A stretch of 64,000 bases of DNA, from positions 20,363 through 84,362 of the forward strand of contig CAZGIY010000001.1 in assembly GCA_964526445.1 (NCBI GenBank), read 5' to 3'. Within the stretch, counting starts at the first letter, position 1. Each line of letters begins with the position of its first letter. The DNA comes from an uncultured Candidatus Poseidoniales archaeon. GTDB lineage: Archaea; Thermoplasmatota; Poseidoniia; Poseidoniales; Poseidoniaceae. The position numbers and the translations under genes are program-made. This document shows, piece by piece, positions 8,754 to 18,605 of the stretch. Below the pieces are notes generated by a model. It saw nothing but the letters and a program-made list of their open reading frames with translations, had not been told where the DNA came from and searched no databases.

Positions 8754-10776
8754 AGGCTCCCTTCATGACGTCATCAGAAACGAGATTTGGCAGTGTAATC
8801 TCAAGCAATGGTTCTACTTCCATTGCTCGTTTGATGGCAAAAATAGCCTCCTTATTTCGGGCCCATGAACGTCTTGCAATACCATTGTTAACGTCCCATG
8901 CTAACATTGAATCAATTCTGCGCTGAGAATCCATGCTACCATCAATGAACATCCCGAAACCACCATTGATAACCTCACCCCAACCAACGCCTCCACCATT
9001 GTGTAGACTTACCCATGTTGCACCTCTAAAAGAATCACCAATCACGTTGTGAACAGCCATATCTGCAGTGAAACTTGAACCATCTTTGATGTTCGCAGTC
9101 TCGCGATAAGGAGAATCTGTTCCTGAAACGTCGTGATGATCACGTCCAAGTACCACACCTTCCTTCAGGCGTCCATCGCGAATTGCATCGTTGAATGCGG
9201 TGGCGATTCTACGCCTTCCTTGTTCATCAGCATAGAGTATTCTGGCTTGACTACCGACTACCATTCTGTTTTGTCCAGCCTGCTCAATCCACCTGATATT
9301 ATCTCTGAGTTGCTGCGAGATTTCAGGAGGTGACTCTTCCAACATTTTCAGCAACACATCTCGAGCCAATTTATCGGTGACTGCAAGATCATCTGGATCC
9401 TGGGAACAGCATACCCAGCGGAATGGACCAAAACCTAGGTCAAAGCAACGTGGGCCCATTATGTCCTCGACATAGGATGGGTGAATGAACCCGCCCTTGC
9501 CATCGGATAATTCTGCACCTGCTCTATCCGCTTCTAGCAAGAAGGCATTGCCGTAGTCCCAGAAGTATGTGCCCCTTTCCACCATAGTGTTGACCGCTGC
9601 AGCATGACGAAGTAGAGAATGACGAACTGCTTCAGCAAATCCGCTAGGATTAGAAGCAATCATTTGTTTGGCATCATCAAATGAGATGTCGACGGGGAAG
9701 TAGCCTCCTTGCCAAGGGTTATGGAGGCTAGTTTGATCACTTCCAAGATCGATATCTATTCCTCTCTCAACCAATCGTTCCCAAAGGTCGACAATATTCC
9801 CTACGTGCCCTATTGAAACTGCCTCGCCGCGCGACTTAGCTTCGAGCATTCTATCTATGACTTTGTCAACATCGTCATGCAATTCACTTAGCCAACCTTG
9901 TTCATGCCGCTTCTTAGCTGCAGTGGGATTGATTTCGGAAATAACTGCAACACAGCCTGCAATAACCGCAGCCTTTGCTTGAGCACCTGACATGCCCCCC
10001 AATCCTGAAGTTACGTAAGTCACACCTGCTAGACTACCATCAGCAGGAATACCTAAGCGCATCCTAGCCGCATTCAGTATTGTTATCGTAGTTCCATGAA
10101 CTATTCCTTGGGGGCCAATATACATGTATGAACCCGCAGTCATTTGTCCGTATTGTGAAACTCCGAGGGCATTCATCCTCTCATAGTCTTCTTGAGAACT
10201 ATGATTTGGAATTACTATTCCATTGGTTACTACCACGCGAGGAGCTTCTGCATTTGAGGGAAAAAGACCTAATGGATGTCCGGAGTACATGACCAAGGTT
10301 TGTTCTTCAGTCATCTTACTGAGATATCGCATGGTCAATCTATACTGGACCCAGTTTTGGAAAACGGCACCGTTTCCACCATAGGTAATCAATTCACATG
10401 GGAATTGGGCAACTGCGGGGTCCAGATTGTTTTGAATCATTGCCATGATGCTTGCTGCTTGCTTGCAGCGACTTGGATAGGCAGTCAATGGATGAGCTTT
10501 CATCTCATATTGAGTTGGTCTGAATCTATGCATGTATATTCGGCCATGGCTATTCAATTCATCGAGAAATTCACGCGCCAATTCACTATGCCATGATTCA
10601 GGAAAATACCGCAACGCATTTCGAAGAGCCAATATCTTCTCATCTTCAGTTAGAATCTGACGTCTAGAGGGGGCATGGTCGACCTTCAATTCTATTTCTG
10701 TAGGACGGGTTAACTCCCGCGGAATTCCTTCGGCGACATGACGTCGCAGAGAATCCCACTGTTGGCCCATGAGCAC
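8746..10776 (-). CDS. hutU: Urocanate hydratase HutU (long, eukaryote-size 676 aa form)
   Basis: Urocanase motifs (NNLDPAVAQFPCELITYGGNG, GGMSGAQ, TDSPYRETANIKDGS). An 8-nt overlap with hutH indicates an operon. Confidence 0.9.
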   Translation of the reverse strand: MLMGQQWDSLRRHVAEGIPRELTRPTEIELKVDHAPSRRQILTEDEKILALRNALRYFPESWHSELAREFLDELNSHGRIYMHRFRPTQYEMKAHPLTAYPSRCKQAASIMAMIQNNLDPAVAQFPCELITYGGNGAVFQNWVQYRLTMRYLSKMTEEQTLVMYSGHPLGLFPSNAEAPRVVVTNGIVIPNHSSQEDYERMNALGVSQYGQMTAGSYMYIGPQGIVHGTTITILNAARMRLGIPADGSLAGVTYVTSGLGGMSGAQAKAAVIAGCVAVISEINPTAAKKRHEQGWLSELHDDVDKVIDRMLEAKSRGEAVSIGHVGNIVDLWERLVERGIDIDLGSDQTSLHNPWQGGYFPVDISFDDAKQMIASNPSGFAEAVRHSLLRHAAAVNTMVERGTYFWDYGNAFLLEADRAGAELSDGKGGFIHPSYVEDIMGPRCFDLGFGPFRWVCCSQDPDDLAVTDKLARDVLLKMLEESPPEISQQLRDNIRWIEQAGQNRMVVGSQARILYADEQGRRRIATAFNDAIRDGRLKEGVVLGRDHHDVSGTDSPYRETANIKDGSSFTADMAVHNVIGDSFRGATWVSLHNGGGVGWGEVINGGFGMFIDGSMDSQRRIDSMLAWDVNNGIARRSWARNKEAIFAIKRAMEVEPLLEITLPNLVSDDVMKGAFD

Positions 10777-10810
10777 CGGTGAAGGAATGCTCTCTTATCC
10801 ATTACCACGT

Positions 10811-13516
10811 TCAAACTGGAGAAATTGCAACAGCTTGCACCTTGTATTCTGGACATCTTGTATAACTGTCTGAGGATGAACTCAGTACTGTGTTAACTCC
10901 AGTTTCTGGGAAGTGGAATGTGGTGAATAGATTACCAATCCGGACATCTTCGGTTACAACAGCAGTCATTTGGATCTTATTTCGAGGACTGGAAAGCCAG
11001 ACCTTTGCTCCGTCCACGATATCTAATCTATGAGCATCCTTGGGATGTATCTCAAGAAAATCGTCAGCATGGAACTCGCTTAGGCCAGTTCTTCGAGTCT
11101 GAGTACCTGAATTGTAATGGAATAGGTTGCGTCCAGTGACCAAAATGAATGGGTATTCATCGCTTGCCTTCTCAGCTGGTTCAGCAAATTCTGGGGCCGC
11201 AAAATTTCCCAGTCCACGCGAGAATCTATCTATGTGCATGACATTAGTTCCAGGATGTTCCTTTTCAGGCGCTGGCCATTGAATCGCATCGACATTTTCC
11301 AGTTTGTCATAGGTGATGCCAGTGAAATTAGGAGTCAGTGATGCGATTTCATTCCAAATATCAGAAACAGAATCTGATGAGATTATTGGGTGTCCGAGGG
11401 CCTCTGCCAATTCTGAAACAATACGCCAATCTTCTTTTGCGTCTCCAGGAGGCGGGATGGCCTTGCGAATTCGCTGTACTCTTCTTTCGCCATTAGTATA
11501 CGTTCCATCCGATTCGAGGAAAGAAGCAGCAGGCAAAATGACATGAGCAAATTTTGCAGATTCACACATGAATATATCCTGAACAATCAGTAGATCGAGT
11601 TTGGATAATGCCTCTTGAACGCGTTGATTATTAGGGTCGGTCTGGGCGATATCTGAGCCAATCATGTATAGAGAACGCATCTTACCTTCAAACACTTTCT
11701 CAAGCATGACGGGATAGGTCATTCCAGGTGTTTCAGGAACATCCACCCCCCAGGCAGCAGAGACCTCCGACCTTCTTTCAGGATCTGAAACAGATTGATA
11801 ATTGGTGTAAACATTCGGTAATGCTCCCATATCACAGGAACCCTGAACGTTGTTTTGTCCACGAAGTGGATTTATTCCAGTACCCGGCCTTCCAACATTA
11901 CCCGTCAACAAAGCAAGACTGGATAGAGACATGACACCCTCGGAGCCATGGCTATGTTCGGTCATTCCTAGACCATGAACAGACATTGCGGCATTTGCAG
12001 AAGCATAGAGATGTGCTGCCCTCTCAAGAACATCTATCGGAACTGTAGTTAATTTTGAACACAATTCAGGGGTCATCAATTGAACCATTTCCTTGTATGG
12101 CCCAAGGTTCTCGGTTCTACTGCTCATCCATTCATCACTAGCCTGCAATCCATCCCTCAAGATGATGTGAGCGAGTCCTTGATAGAGAGCTACGTTGGTT
12201 CCTGGGCGTAATTGAAGATGAACATCCGCTATTTTTGCCAACTCTGTTTCCTTTGGGTCAGCGACAACCAATTTCATTCCTCTTTTTCTTGCCCTCAATA
12301 TTCTAGAACCGGTTACAGGATGCCCGTGAATTGGATTACATCCTGATGCTAGCAATAGATCGGTTTTGTCGATATCCTCTAGGCTGTTGGTTCCCGCACC
12401 TGCTCCAAATACTGTCATCATTCCCTTGACAGTTGCAGAATGACAAACTCTTGCACAATTGTCTACATTATTGGTTCCAATTACAGCGCGCATCAATTTC
12501 GAACCAAGATAATTCAATTCATTAGTGGAACGAGATGATGTTATTGCCCCGATGGAATCGGGACCTGACTCGTCTTTGTACAGTTGCCATCGCTTAGCGA
12601 TGTAGGAATATGCTTCATCCCAACTGACCTCACGGAAATCTTCCTCGATAGAGTCTCTAATCATCGGCTTAGTCAAACGGTCTTGGTGATGAACATATGC
12701 AGATGCAAATCGTCCTTTGACACAGGAATGACCTTGGTTCACCGGGGACTCAGCGACAGGTTTCATGGAAACTAGTTTGTCGCCTTTGACTCCTGCATCA
12801 AATTGACAACCAACACCACAGAATGCACAAGTTGTACGTACCCATTCATCTGCCACCCCATGCTTGCGTTCAACCTTATCTTCCAAGGCAGCAACAGGAC
12901 ATTCGTTGACACAAGCACCACATGATACACATTCTGATTCCATGAAAGGAACATCGGCACCTGCAATGATTTTGCTAAAGAATCCACGTCCATCAATCGA
13001 TAGAGCATGAGTTACTTGTATGTCGTCACAAGCACGTATACACCGTGAACATACAATGCATTTAGTGGGATCAAATGAGAAAAAAGGATTCGAGTCATCG
13101 ATTGGCATTCCTTCACACGATGGCGTATTGTCATACCTCACCTCGCGCAATCCAACTTGTGCTGCCACATCCTGTAATTCGCAATCACCATTGGCGGTGC
13201 ATGTCAGACAATCCAACGGATGTTCACTAACATATAGTTCTGTGATTCCTCTTCGCAACTGCCAGAGCCTATCGGATGTTGTTGCAACATTCATTCCAGG
13301 GCTTGCAGGAGTAGTACATGATGAAGGTGTGCCCCGAACTCCATCGATTTCAACAACACAGATACGACAAGAACCGAATGCATCAAGATGTGGAGAATCA
13401 CACAGACTAGGGATATCTATTCCGTTGTTCCTAGCAACCTGCATCACTGTTTGCCCGTTTTCAGCAACGACAACTGTATCATCGATGGACATTGTAAAAG
13501 AATTTTCACTCACCAT
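10811..13516 (-). CDS. fdsA: NAD-dependent formate dehydrogenase alpha subunit (FdsA/NuoG-like, Mo-bisPGD)
   Basis: N-terminal 2Fe-2S ferredoxin (CDSPHL...CRICVVE), His-ligated and two 4Fe-4S motifs, and a molybdopterin oxidoreductase domain with a Cys ligand (NVDNCARVCHSATV). There is no in-frame TGA, so no selenocysteine. Confidence 0.85.
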   Translation of the reverse strand: MVSENSFTMSIDDTVVVAENGQTVMQVARNNGIDIPSLCDSPHLDAFGSCRICVVEIDGVRGTPSSCTTPASPGMNVATTSDRLWQLRRGITELYVSEHPLDCLTCTANGDCELQDVAAQVGLREVRYDNTPSCEGMPIDDSNPFFSFDPTKCIVCSRCIRACDDIQVTHALSIDGRGFFSKIIAGADVPFMESECVSCGACVNECPVAALEDKVERKHGVADEWVRTTCAFCGVGCQFDAGVKGDKLVSMKPVAESPVNQGHSCVKGRFASAYVHHQDRLTKPMIRDSIEEDFREVSWDEAYSYIAKRWQLYKDESGPDSIGAITSSRSTNELNYLGSKLMRAVIGTNNVDNCARVCHSATVKGMMTVFGAGAGTNSLEDIDKTDLLLASGCNPIHGHPVTGSRILRARKRGMKLVVADPKETELAKIADVHLQLRPGTNVALYQGLAHIILRDGLQASDEWMSSRTENLGPYKEMVQLMTPELCSKLTTVPIDVLERAAHLYASANAAMSVHGLGMTEHSHGSEGVMSLSSLALLTGNVGRPGTGINPLRGQNNVQGSCDMGALPNVYTNYQSVSDPERRSEVSAAWGVDVPETPGMTYPVMLEKVFEGKMRSLYMIGSDIAQTDPNNQRVQEALSKLDLLIVQDIFMCESAKFAHVILPAASFLESDGTYTNGERRVQRIRKAIPPPGDAKEDWRIVSELAEALGHPIISSDSVSDIWNEIASLTPNFTGITYDKLENVDAIQWPAPEKEHPGTNVMHIDRFSRGLGNFAAPEFAEPAEKASDEYPFILVTGRNLFHYNSGTQTRRTGLSEFHADDFLEIHPKDAHRLDIVDGAKVWLSSPRNKIQMTAVVTEDVRIGNLFTTFHFPETGVNTVLSSSSDSYTRCPEYKVQAVAISPV

Positions 13517-15461
13517 TCATACCTCCAAAAGACGCTGGCCACTTCTTCATAGTAGAGCGGATAGGCATCATCGCTAGACCCCCGAGTGCACATAGTGAAG
13601 TGGAACTCATTATATCATCGAGGTCGTCCAAAAGTTGTCGGTCTCCAATCTTTTCATGCTCGGTACCTATCCTTCTCAATAGTTCCAGTGCACGCTGCGT
13701 GCCTATTCTACAAGGAGTGCATTTCCCGCAACTCTCATCTCTAAAGAATTTCATCCAACCTATGGATTCTTCACGGGGATCAAATTCACTATCATAGCAA
13801 ACGAATCCTCCATGTCCAAGAAGACCTCCAGACTCGCTTAACCCTTCGAATGATAACTCCACAGAATCCAATTCTTCGATAGCAAATACTCCTCCCAATG
13901 GGCCCCCAGCTTGGACAGCAACAACTCCTTCAAGGTCAGAATGTTTTCTGAACATCTCAGCGACAGTTCCTCCAAATGGTATTTCCACGCATACTGGCTC
14001 TTTGACAGCACCTACAATTTGAGCGATAACTGTGCCCTTACTCCTCTCAGTACCCAATGACCCATACTGTTCTCCTCCTTCTCTTAATATCACAGAAACC
14101 AATGCAAAGGTGAGGACATTGTTGACAATTGTAGGTTTACCATAGAGTCCTGATTGAGTAGGATATGGTGGCCTTGCTCTTACTTCACCCCTCCTTCCTT
14201 CAAGACTTTCTAGAAGCGCTGTTTCCTCGCCACAGACGTACGAACCAGCCCCCAAAGCGATTGAGATGTCGAAATGATCACCTAGAATCCCTTCATCCCT
14301 AGCGTCCTGAAGTGCAGTTTCAAGAATCAACTCAGCATTTGGATATTCGCTTCTAAGGTAGACCTTGCCATATCTTGCGCCGATAGCAGAGCCACATATT
14401 GCCATCCCTTCGATTAAGGCATGAGGGTCCCCTTCGATAATCATCCGGTCGATGAAAGTACCAGCATCACCCTCGTCAGCGTTGGCGACCACGTACTTGA
14501 CATCACTTTCCTCTGCTGCAGCTGCAGCCCACTTGAAATGAGTAGGGAATCCAGCACCACCGCGCCCCCTCAATCCAGCAATTTCGAGTTCATTCAAAAT
14601 CTCTCGAGTACCGATTTCTTTAGCTTTGTTAAGTCCAGAATATGAACCTCTTTTCCTAAGACCTTCAATATCTAAGGGATTTACTTCTCCAAGATTGGCC
14701 ATAGCAAAACGTCTTTGCTCAGCGAATGCAGGAATCTCAACAATCTTACCCAATGACTTAGCGTGGTTAGAATATTCACCAGAATCAATCAAACTAAGAA
14801 TCTCCATTAACTCTTCAGAGTTGATAGGTCCAAATCCACATCTTTCTCCGTTAATGTCCAATTCCAGCATCGGTTCTAGATTGAAGATGCCTCTGCTACC
14901 AGTTCGAATCAGTGCGGAATCGTCGGGAGCGTGATGCAGCAATGTTACTGCCAACTTTTCACTTCCCTTCTCCATACTCATGCTGTCTTGACTGATGTAG
15001 AATTGTAATCCAGCCCCCGCCCTTGAAACAGGATTAAATTGTTCAACATCTTCCTTGACAATTGCTGGACCTACTGCACACAAGCCTGCGCAGTGTAATG
15101 AACCAATCTTCTCTCCAGCATTCTCCAATTTTTCAATGACTCCTGCGGCGCCTCTTGCCCTACAGGCCTCTCCAGTACATACTCTGATTGTGGCCTCCTC
15201 TGGCTTGAGTTCAGCATAGTAACCTATGGCGCCTCTGACCTTTGCAGAAGTTGTTCCCGTAAGTGAGGCGATTTCTGCGATTCTTTCGACACTTGGCTCA
15301 CCTTTGGTTCGCACTTCTTCTTTCAAAATGTCGAGAAGCTCGTGTCCTGGACGAGCGGGGTCCCAATCATTCTCAACAGGATTCATTCTTTCACCTCCTT
15401 CTGCTCTTAGGTTTGCGTAGGTAGATGGGTTTGTCAAAGTTCTCCAGAAATATTCTTTCAA
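13506..15461 (-). CDS. fdsB: Formate dehydrogenase beta subunit, fused NuoE-like/NuoF-like (NAD+/FMN/Fe-S)
   Basis: GRGGAGFPTHFKW FMN/NAD site, ESCGKCTPCRIG 4Fe-4S, and an N-terminal thioredoxin-like 2Fe-2S (NuoE) part. Overlaps fdsA start by 11 nt. Confidence 0.85.
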   Translation of the reverse strand: MKEYFWRTLTNPSTYANLRAEGGERMNPVENDWDPARPGHELLDILKEEVRTKGEPSVERIAEIASLTGTTSAKVRGAIGYYAELKPEEATIRVCTGEACRARGAAGVIEKLENAGEKIGSLHCAGLCAVGPAIVKEDVEQFNPVSRAGAGLQFYISQDSMSMEKGSEKLAVTLLHHAPDDSALIRTGSRGIFNLEPMLELDINGERCGFGPINSEELMEILSLIDSGEYSNHAKSLGKIVEIPAFAEQRRFAMANLGEVNPLDIEGLRKRGSYSGLNKAKEIGTREILNELEIAGLRGRGGAGFPTHFKWAAAAAEESDVKYVVANADEGDAGTFIDRMIIEGDPHALIEGMAICGSAIGARYGKVYLRSEYPNAELILETALQDARDEGILGDHFDISIALGAGSYVCGEETALLESLEGRRGEVRARPPYPTQSGLYGKPTIVNNVLTFALVSVILREGGEQYGSLGTERSKGTVIAQIVGAVKEPVCVEIPFGGTVAEMFRKHSDLEGVVAVQAGGPLGGVFAIEELDSVELSFEGLSESGGLLGHGGFVCYDSEFDPREESIGWMKFFRDESCGKCTPCRIGTQRALELLRRIGTEHEKIGDRQLLDDLDDIMSSTSLCALGGLAMMPIRSTMKKWPASFGGMNGE

Positions 15462-15464
15462 AGT

Positions 15465-16340
15465 CTAATTAGAATCGTTTGGGCGGATATAGGAAACTGT
15501 ACTCCCATTTCTTGTAAAGCCAAATAACGCTAGTCCTGCTTGTCTAGACAGATCTACTGCCATACTACTTGCAGCACCTATGGCTACTATGATTGGAATC
15601 CCTGCAGCGATTGCTTTGAGCACTAATTCAGAGCCAATTCTTCCAGAAAGACATAGTATTGACTTGGAGAAATCAATGCTCATTCGGACGCCAGCTCCAA
15701 CCACTTTGTCAACACAATTGTGTCGGCCAATATCTTCTCTGACAACAATCATTTCACCCTCGGCTGTGAACAATCCAGCAGCATGAATTCCCCCAGTGGT
15801 CGTGAATGCAGACTGTACGGTAAGCATCTTATGTGGCAATCCGATCAAAAGTTCGCTATCAACATGCATAGCAGGAATGGAACAGTCATGGGCCTTGGAT
15901 AGAAGATCTGCAAAATCTTGACGTCCACATATGCCGCATGCAGAACCATTACTGATTCTGCCCCTTGGGGTAACGTCATATTCAGCATCCTCGGGAATGA
16001 TGATACTAGCATTTCCTTCAGACAAGATGATTTCGATATCCTGTATTGGGCAATTAGTCAAAATCCCTTCACTGATTAATAGTCCCAATACCAAATCAGC
16101 GTCAGAACCGGGGGTTCTCAAGATACTGACCCAGCGTTCAGTAGAATCATTCTTAACCAAATCAATACTCAATGGTTCTTCTGTGGCAACCACATCTTTC
16201 TCCATTACCCACTTGCCATCCTTCAATCGATGAACGGCGCGTCTGACCACATCGTCCATGACAAGACCTGAAGCAACATGGTCATGAACATGTTCATCGA
16301 TTGAAATGGTTTCAAGATTCCAATCTCGCTCGCACAGCAT
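15465..16340 (-). CDS. fdhD: Formate dehydrogenase accessory sulfurtransferase FdhD
   Basis: FdhD-like with SACGICG cysteine loop and GRHNCVDKVVG motif. Lies 3 nt upstream of fdsB. Confidence 0.75.
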   Translation of the reverse strand: MLCERDWNLETISIDEHVHDHVASGLVMDDVVRRAVHRLKDGKWVMEKDVVATEEPLSIDLVKNDSTERWVSILRTPGSDADLVLGLLISEGILTNCPIQDIEIILSEGNASIIIPEDAEYDVTPRGRISNGSACGICGRQDFADLLSKAHDCSIPAMHVDSELLIGLPHKMLTVQSAFTTTGGIHAAGLFTAEGEMIVVREDIGRHNCVDKVVGAGVRMSIDFSKSILCLSGRIGSELVLKAIAAGIPIIVAIGAASSMAVDLSRQAGLALFGFTRNGSTVSYIRPNDSN

Positions 16341-16953
16341 CCATGCATTCTCTCGATAATTGCCTCGATTTCTCTAGAATCTGTGCCGCTTCTTCGCTAT
16401 ATTGCTCAGCCGCATCACCTTCCATTCCAATCAGGTTGATATCAACATTGAACAGGGCACCTTTACAGGCTGCTGAAGCAAGCAGGGCCGCAACTCCGAC
16501 ATCGGTCACTGCATTTCCGTTACCAGTGGTCGCAAGTGATGGAAGCGTTTCAAGCAACGAATAGGCAAGTCTAGCGGTTTCTAAGGGTACCTCTGCTGCA
16601 CCAAGAGTCGCTTCTCTAATGGCTTGTTTGCGAAGGTTTTTCTCTTCATCAGAATCCTTGGCAAGTCGATATGCCATCATGACTCCGTCAAAGGAACGAC
16701 TGTCGTCAGTTGCGAGGTCTAAAGAACGAGAAAACATCGATATTGCAACTTCTTGAGAAGTTTCTGCATCCTGCCAGCCATCTTTCCATTTTTCATTACC
16801 TATGGTAAGATCCGCAACCATGCAAGTCAATGCCGCCGCCTGTCCTAAAGAGACCGCAGCCGCAGTTCCACCCCCGGGGGTTGGAGATGAACTAGCAAGT
16901 GCAGTTTGGAAGTCCCGCAAACTCATTTCCGCCCAGTCATCATCACTCTGCAT
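16312..16953 (-). CDS. Formimidoyltetrahydrofolate cyclodeaminase (FTCD C-terminal domain homologue, stand-alone)
   Basis: SLRDFQTALASSSPTPGGGTAAAVSLGQAAALTCMV closely matches the cyclodeaminase domain of FTCD. Confidence 0.8.
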   Translation of the reverse strand: MQSDDDWAEMSLRDFQTALASSSPTPGGGTAAAVSLGQAAALTCMVADLTIGNEKWKDGWQDAETSQEVAISMFSRSLDLATDDSRSFDGVMMAYRLAKDSDEEKNLRKQAIREATLGAAEVPLETARLAYSLLETLPSLATTGNGNAVTDVGVAALLASAACKGALFNVDINLIGMEGDAAEQYSEEAAQILEKSRQLSRECMDAVRARLES

Positions 16954-17996
16954 TATTCATCCCTCCTGACTGCCATCTCAATGATTCTTTCCTTCGCTAC
17001 GAATGGGGCCAAGTCATCCAAGCCCATACCCTTTACTGCAGCGCTGATTAATTCCCCCTCCTCCTCTGTATCAGGTGCGTACCATCGCCCAGCATCCAAC
17101 ATTGCACGAATTGGCACCAGTCCTACCAATTCACTACCACTAACTTCGACACCGTAATTGCTAGCCAACCATTTGATTGTCTCGTAAACAACATGCATCG
17201 GAGTAACAGAGATGTCTTGTAGGTTCATGGAGACTTGAGAGATTCCATGTTCATCCAGTGGAAAACCCATACCCTGGACTTTTGCAAGCATTCCCGATAC
17301 CGGCAACCGATTTCCGTTAGAATTTTTTATGACTGGTCCTGATTGCCTGATGGTTTTGCCAATTGCTGCACTGACTCTTGCATCACTTTCCTGCAGATTG
17401 ACATTGTATGCAACCAAAATGTCTCTCGCACCGATAATCACCGCACCTGTTTTGGCGATTTCTTCACTCCAAATAGTCGGTCCAAAATCAGGCAATCTCG
17501 TCTCATTTGCATGAGGAGTTTCCGCTCCTTCACTCATTCTAGCTTCAAGTCCCTCGTATTCGCCCTTTCGGAGCAGACTGTGGTTACTCCTTTGTTCTGT
17601 ACTCGCTGCTGCACCGTATAGATATGCAGGCAGATTCAATTCTTCACTGACACGAATAGCAAGTCGTCTGGCTAATTCTGCGCAACTCAGCATATCGATA
17701 CCCTGCAATGGGACGAATGGACATACATCTACTGCCCCTAACCTCGCATGATTTCCACTATGTTTTCTCATGTCGATTAGTTTGATTGACTCTTTAATCA
17801 ATTGAAAGGCTGATTCACTGACCGCATTTGGATCACCAGCCAAAGTAATGACAGTCCTATTGTAATCGGCATCAGGTTCTGCCGAGAGAACTCTACAGCC
17901 ATCGATACTTGAGGCTGCAGCAACAACTGCTGCAATTACTTCTTCATCTATTCCTTCGCTGATATTCGGAACACATTCAACCAAAGGGTTGGTCAT
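16953..17996 (-). CDS. Glutamate formimidoyltransferase (FTCD N-terminal domain homologue, stand-alone)
   Basis: MTNPLVECVPNISEG...NRTVITLAGDP...HARLGAVDVCPFVP is collinear with the formiminotransferase domain of mammalian FTCD. A 1-nt overlap (ATGA) with the cyclodeaminase gene indicates translational coupling. Confidence 0.85.
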   Translation of the reverse strand: MTNPLVECVPNISEGIDEEVIAAVVAAASSIDGCRVLSAEPDADYNRTVITLAGDPNAVSESAFQLIKESIKLIDMRKHSGNHARLGAVDVCPFVPLQGIDMLSCAELARRLAIRVSEELNLPAYLYGAAASTEQRSNHSLLRKGEYEGLEARMSEGAETPHANETRLPDFGPTIWSEEIAKTGAVIIGARDILVAYNVNLQESDARVSAAIGKTIRQSGPVIKNSNGNRLPVSGMLAKVQGMGFPLDEHGISQVSMNLQDISVTPMHVVYETIKWLASNYGVEVSGSELVGLVPIRAMLDAGRWYAPDTEEEGELISAAVKGMGLDDLAPFVAKERIIEMAVRRDE

Positions 17997-18026
17997 GGTT
18001 CTCGCTATTGCAAGAATGAAATGAAC

Positions 18027-18599
18027 CTACTGGTCTTGACGTTCCTCTATTGCGGACACAACTTCATCTGGGAGATCAAAGAATTCCAACTGCATCCTCA
18101 CCAATTCTTCACTACTTTCCGCAGAAGCATATGCCTCCAATGGTTCTTGATTTAAGGTAATGAATTGTTCACCCCAAGAAAATGATGCAAGCAGGGTTTT
18201 TGCCTGTTCAGAATATCCTAGTAACCACAGTGATGCAGCCAATGCCTCAGCACTACTGAGCCTTCCAGGTTTGCCCCAATTTACAGGGTTGGCAGCAAGC
18301 AATAGAGGCAGCATTCTTGCTTGAAGACGCGTTCGTTTTGAAACAATATCAACACTTTCTTCAATATGTGCCCAACTACAATCGAGAACCACGAGATTGC
18401 CACGATTTGACATCATTTCGCGGTCTTCAGGACCGAGAACTTTTCCGCATAATGGGTCAAGAATTATTCCTTTGCGTGGAAGTTTTGTCAACCGCTCATG
18501 CAAAGTGATGAGTCCTCTTCTGCCAAGTTTCACGGCAGTATTCTTAGATTTGTCATCCTGAGCAAGCCAGATTGCATGAACAGATATTTCATCCATCAA
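18027..18599 (-). CDS. tsr3: 16S rRNA aminocarboxypropyltransferase Tsr3 (DUF367)
   Basis: LVVLDCSW motif and the RLSSAEALAASLWLLGY / FSWGEQFITLN C-terminal region typical of Tsr3. Confidence 0.65.
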   Translation of the reverse strand: MMDEISVHAIWLAQDDKSKNTAVKLGRRGLITLHERLTKLPRKGIILDPLCGKVLGPEDREMMSNRGNLVVLDCSWAHIEESVDIVSKRTRLQARMLPLLLAANPVNWGKPGRLSSAEALAASLWLLGYSEQAKTLLASFSWGEQFITLNQEPLEAYASAESSEELVRMQLEFFDLPDEVVSAIEERQDQ

Positions 18600-18605
18600 G
18601 ATTCC

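Noticed and set aside
7501-8926. Plus-strand ORFs inside hutH/hutU (7501-7872, 8247-8651, 8629-8868, 8657-8926)
   Set aside because: They lie entirely within strongly supported minus-strand genes and have no domains. They are shadow ORFs.
10811-13516. Selenocysteine (in-frame TGA) in the formate dehydrogenase alpha subunit
   Set aside because: The Mo-ligand position reads NVDNCARVCHSATV with a Cys codon. The frame is uninterrupted.
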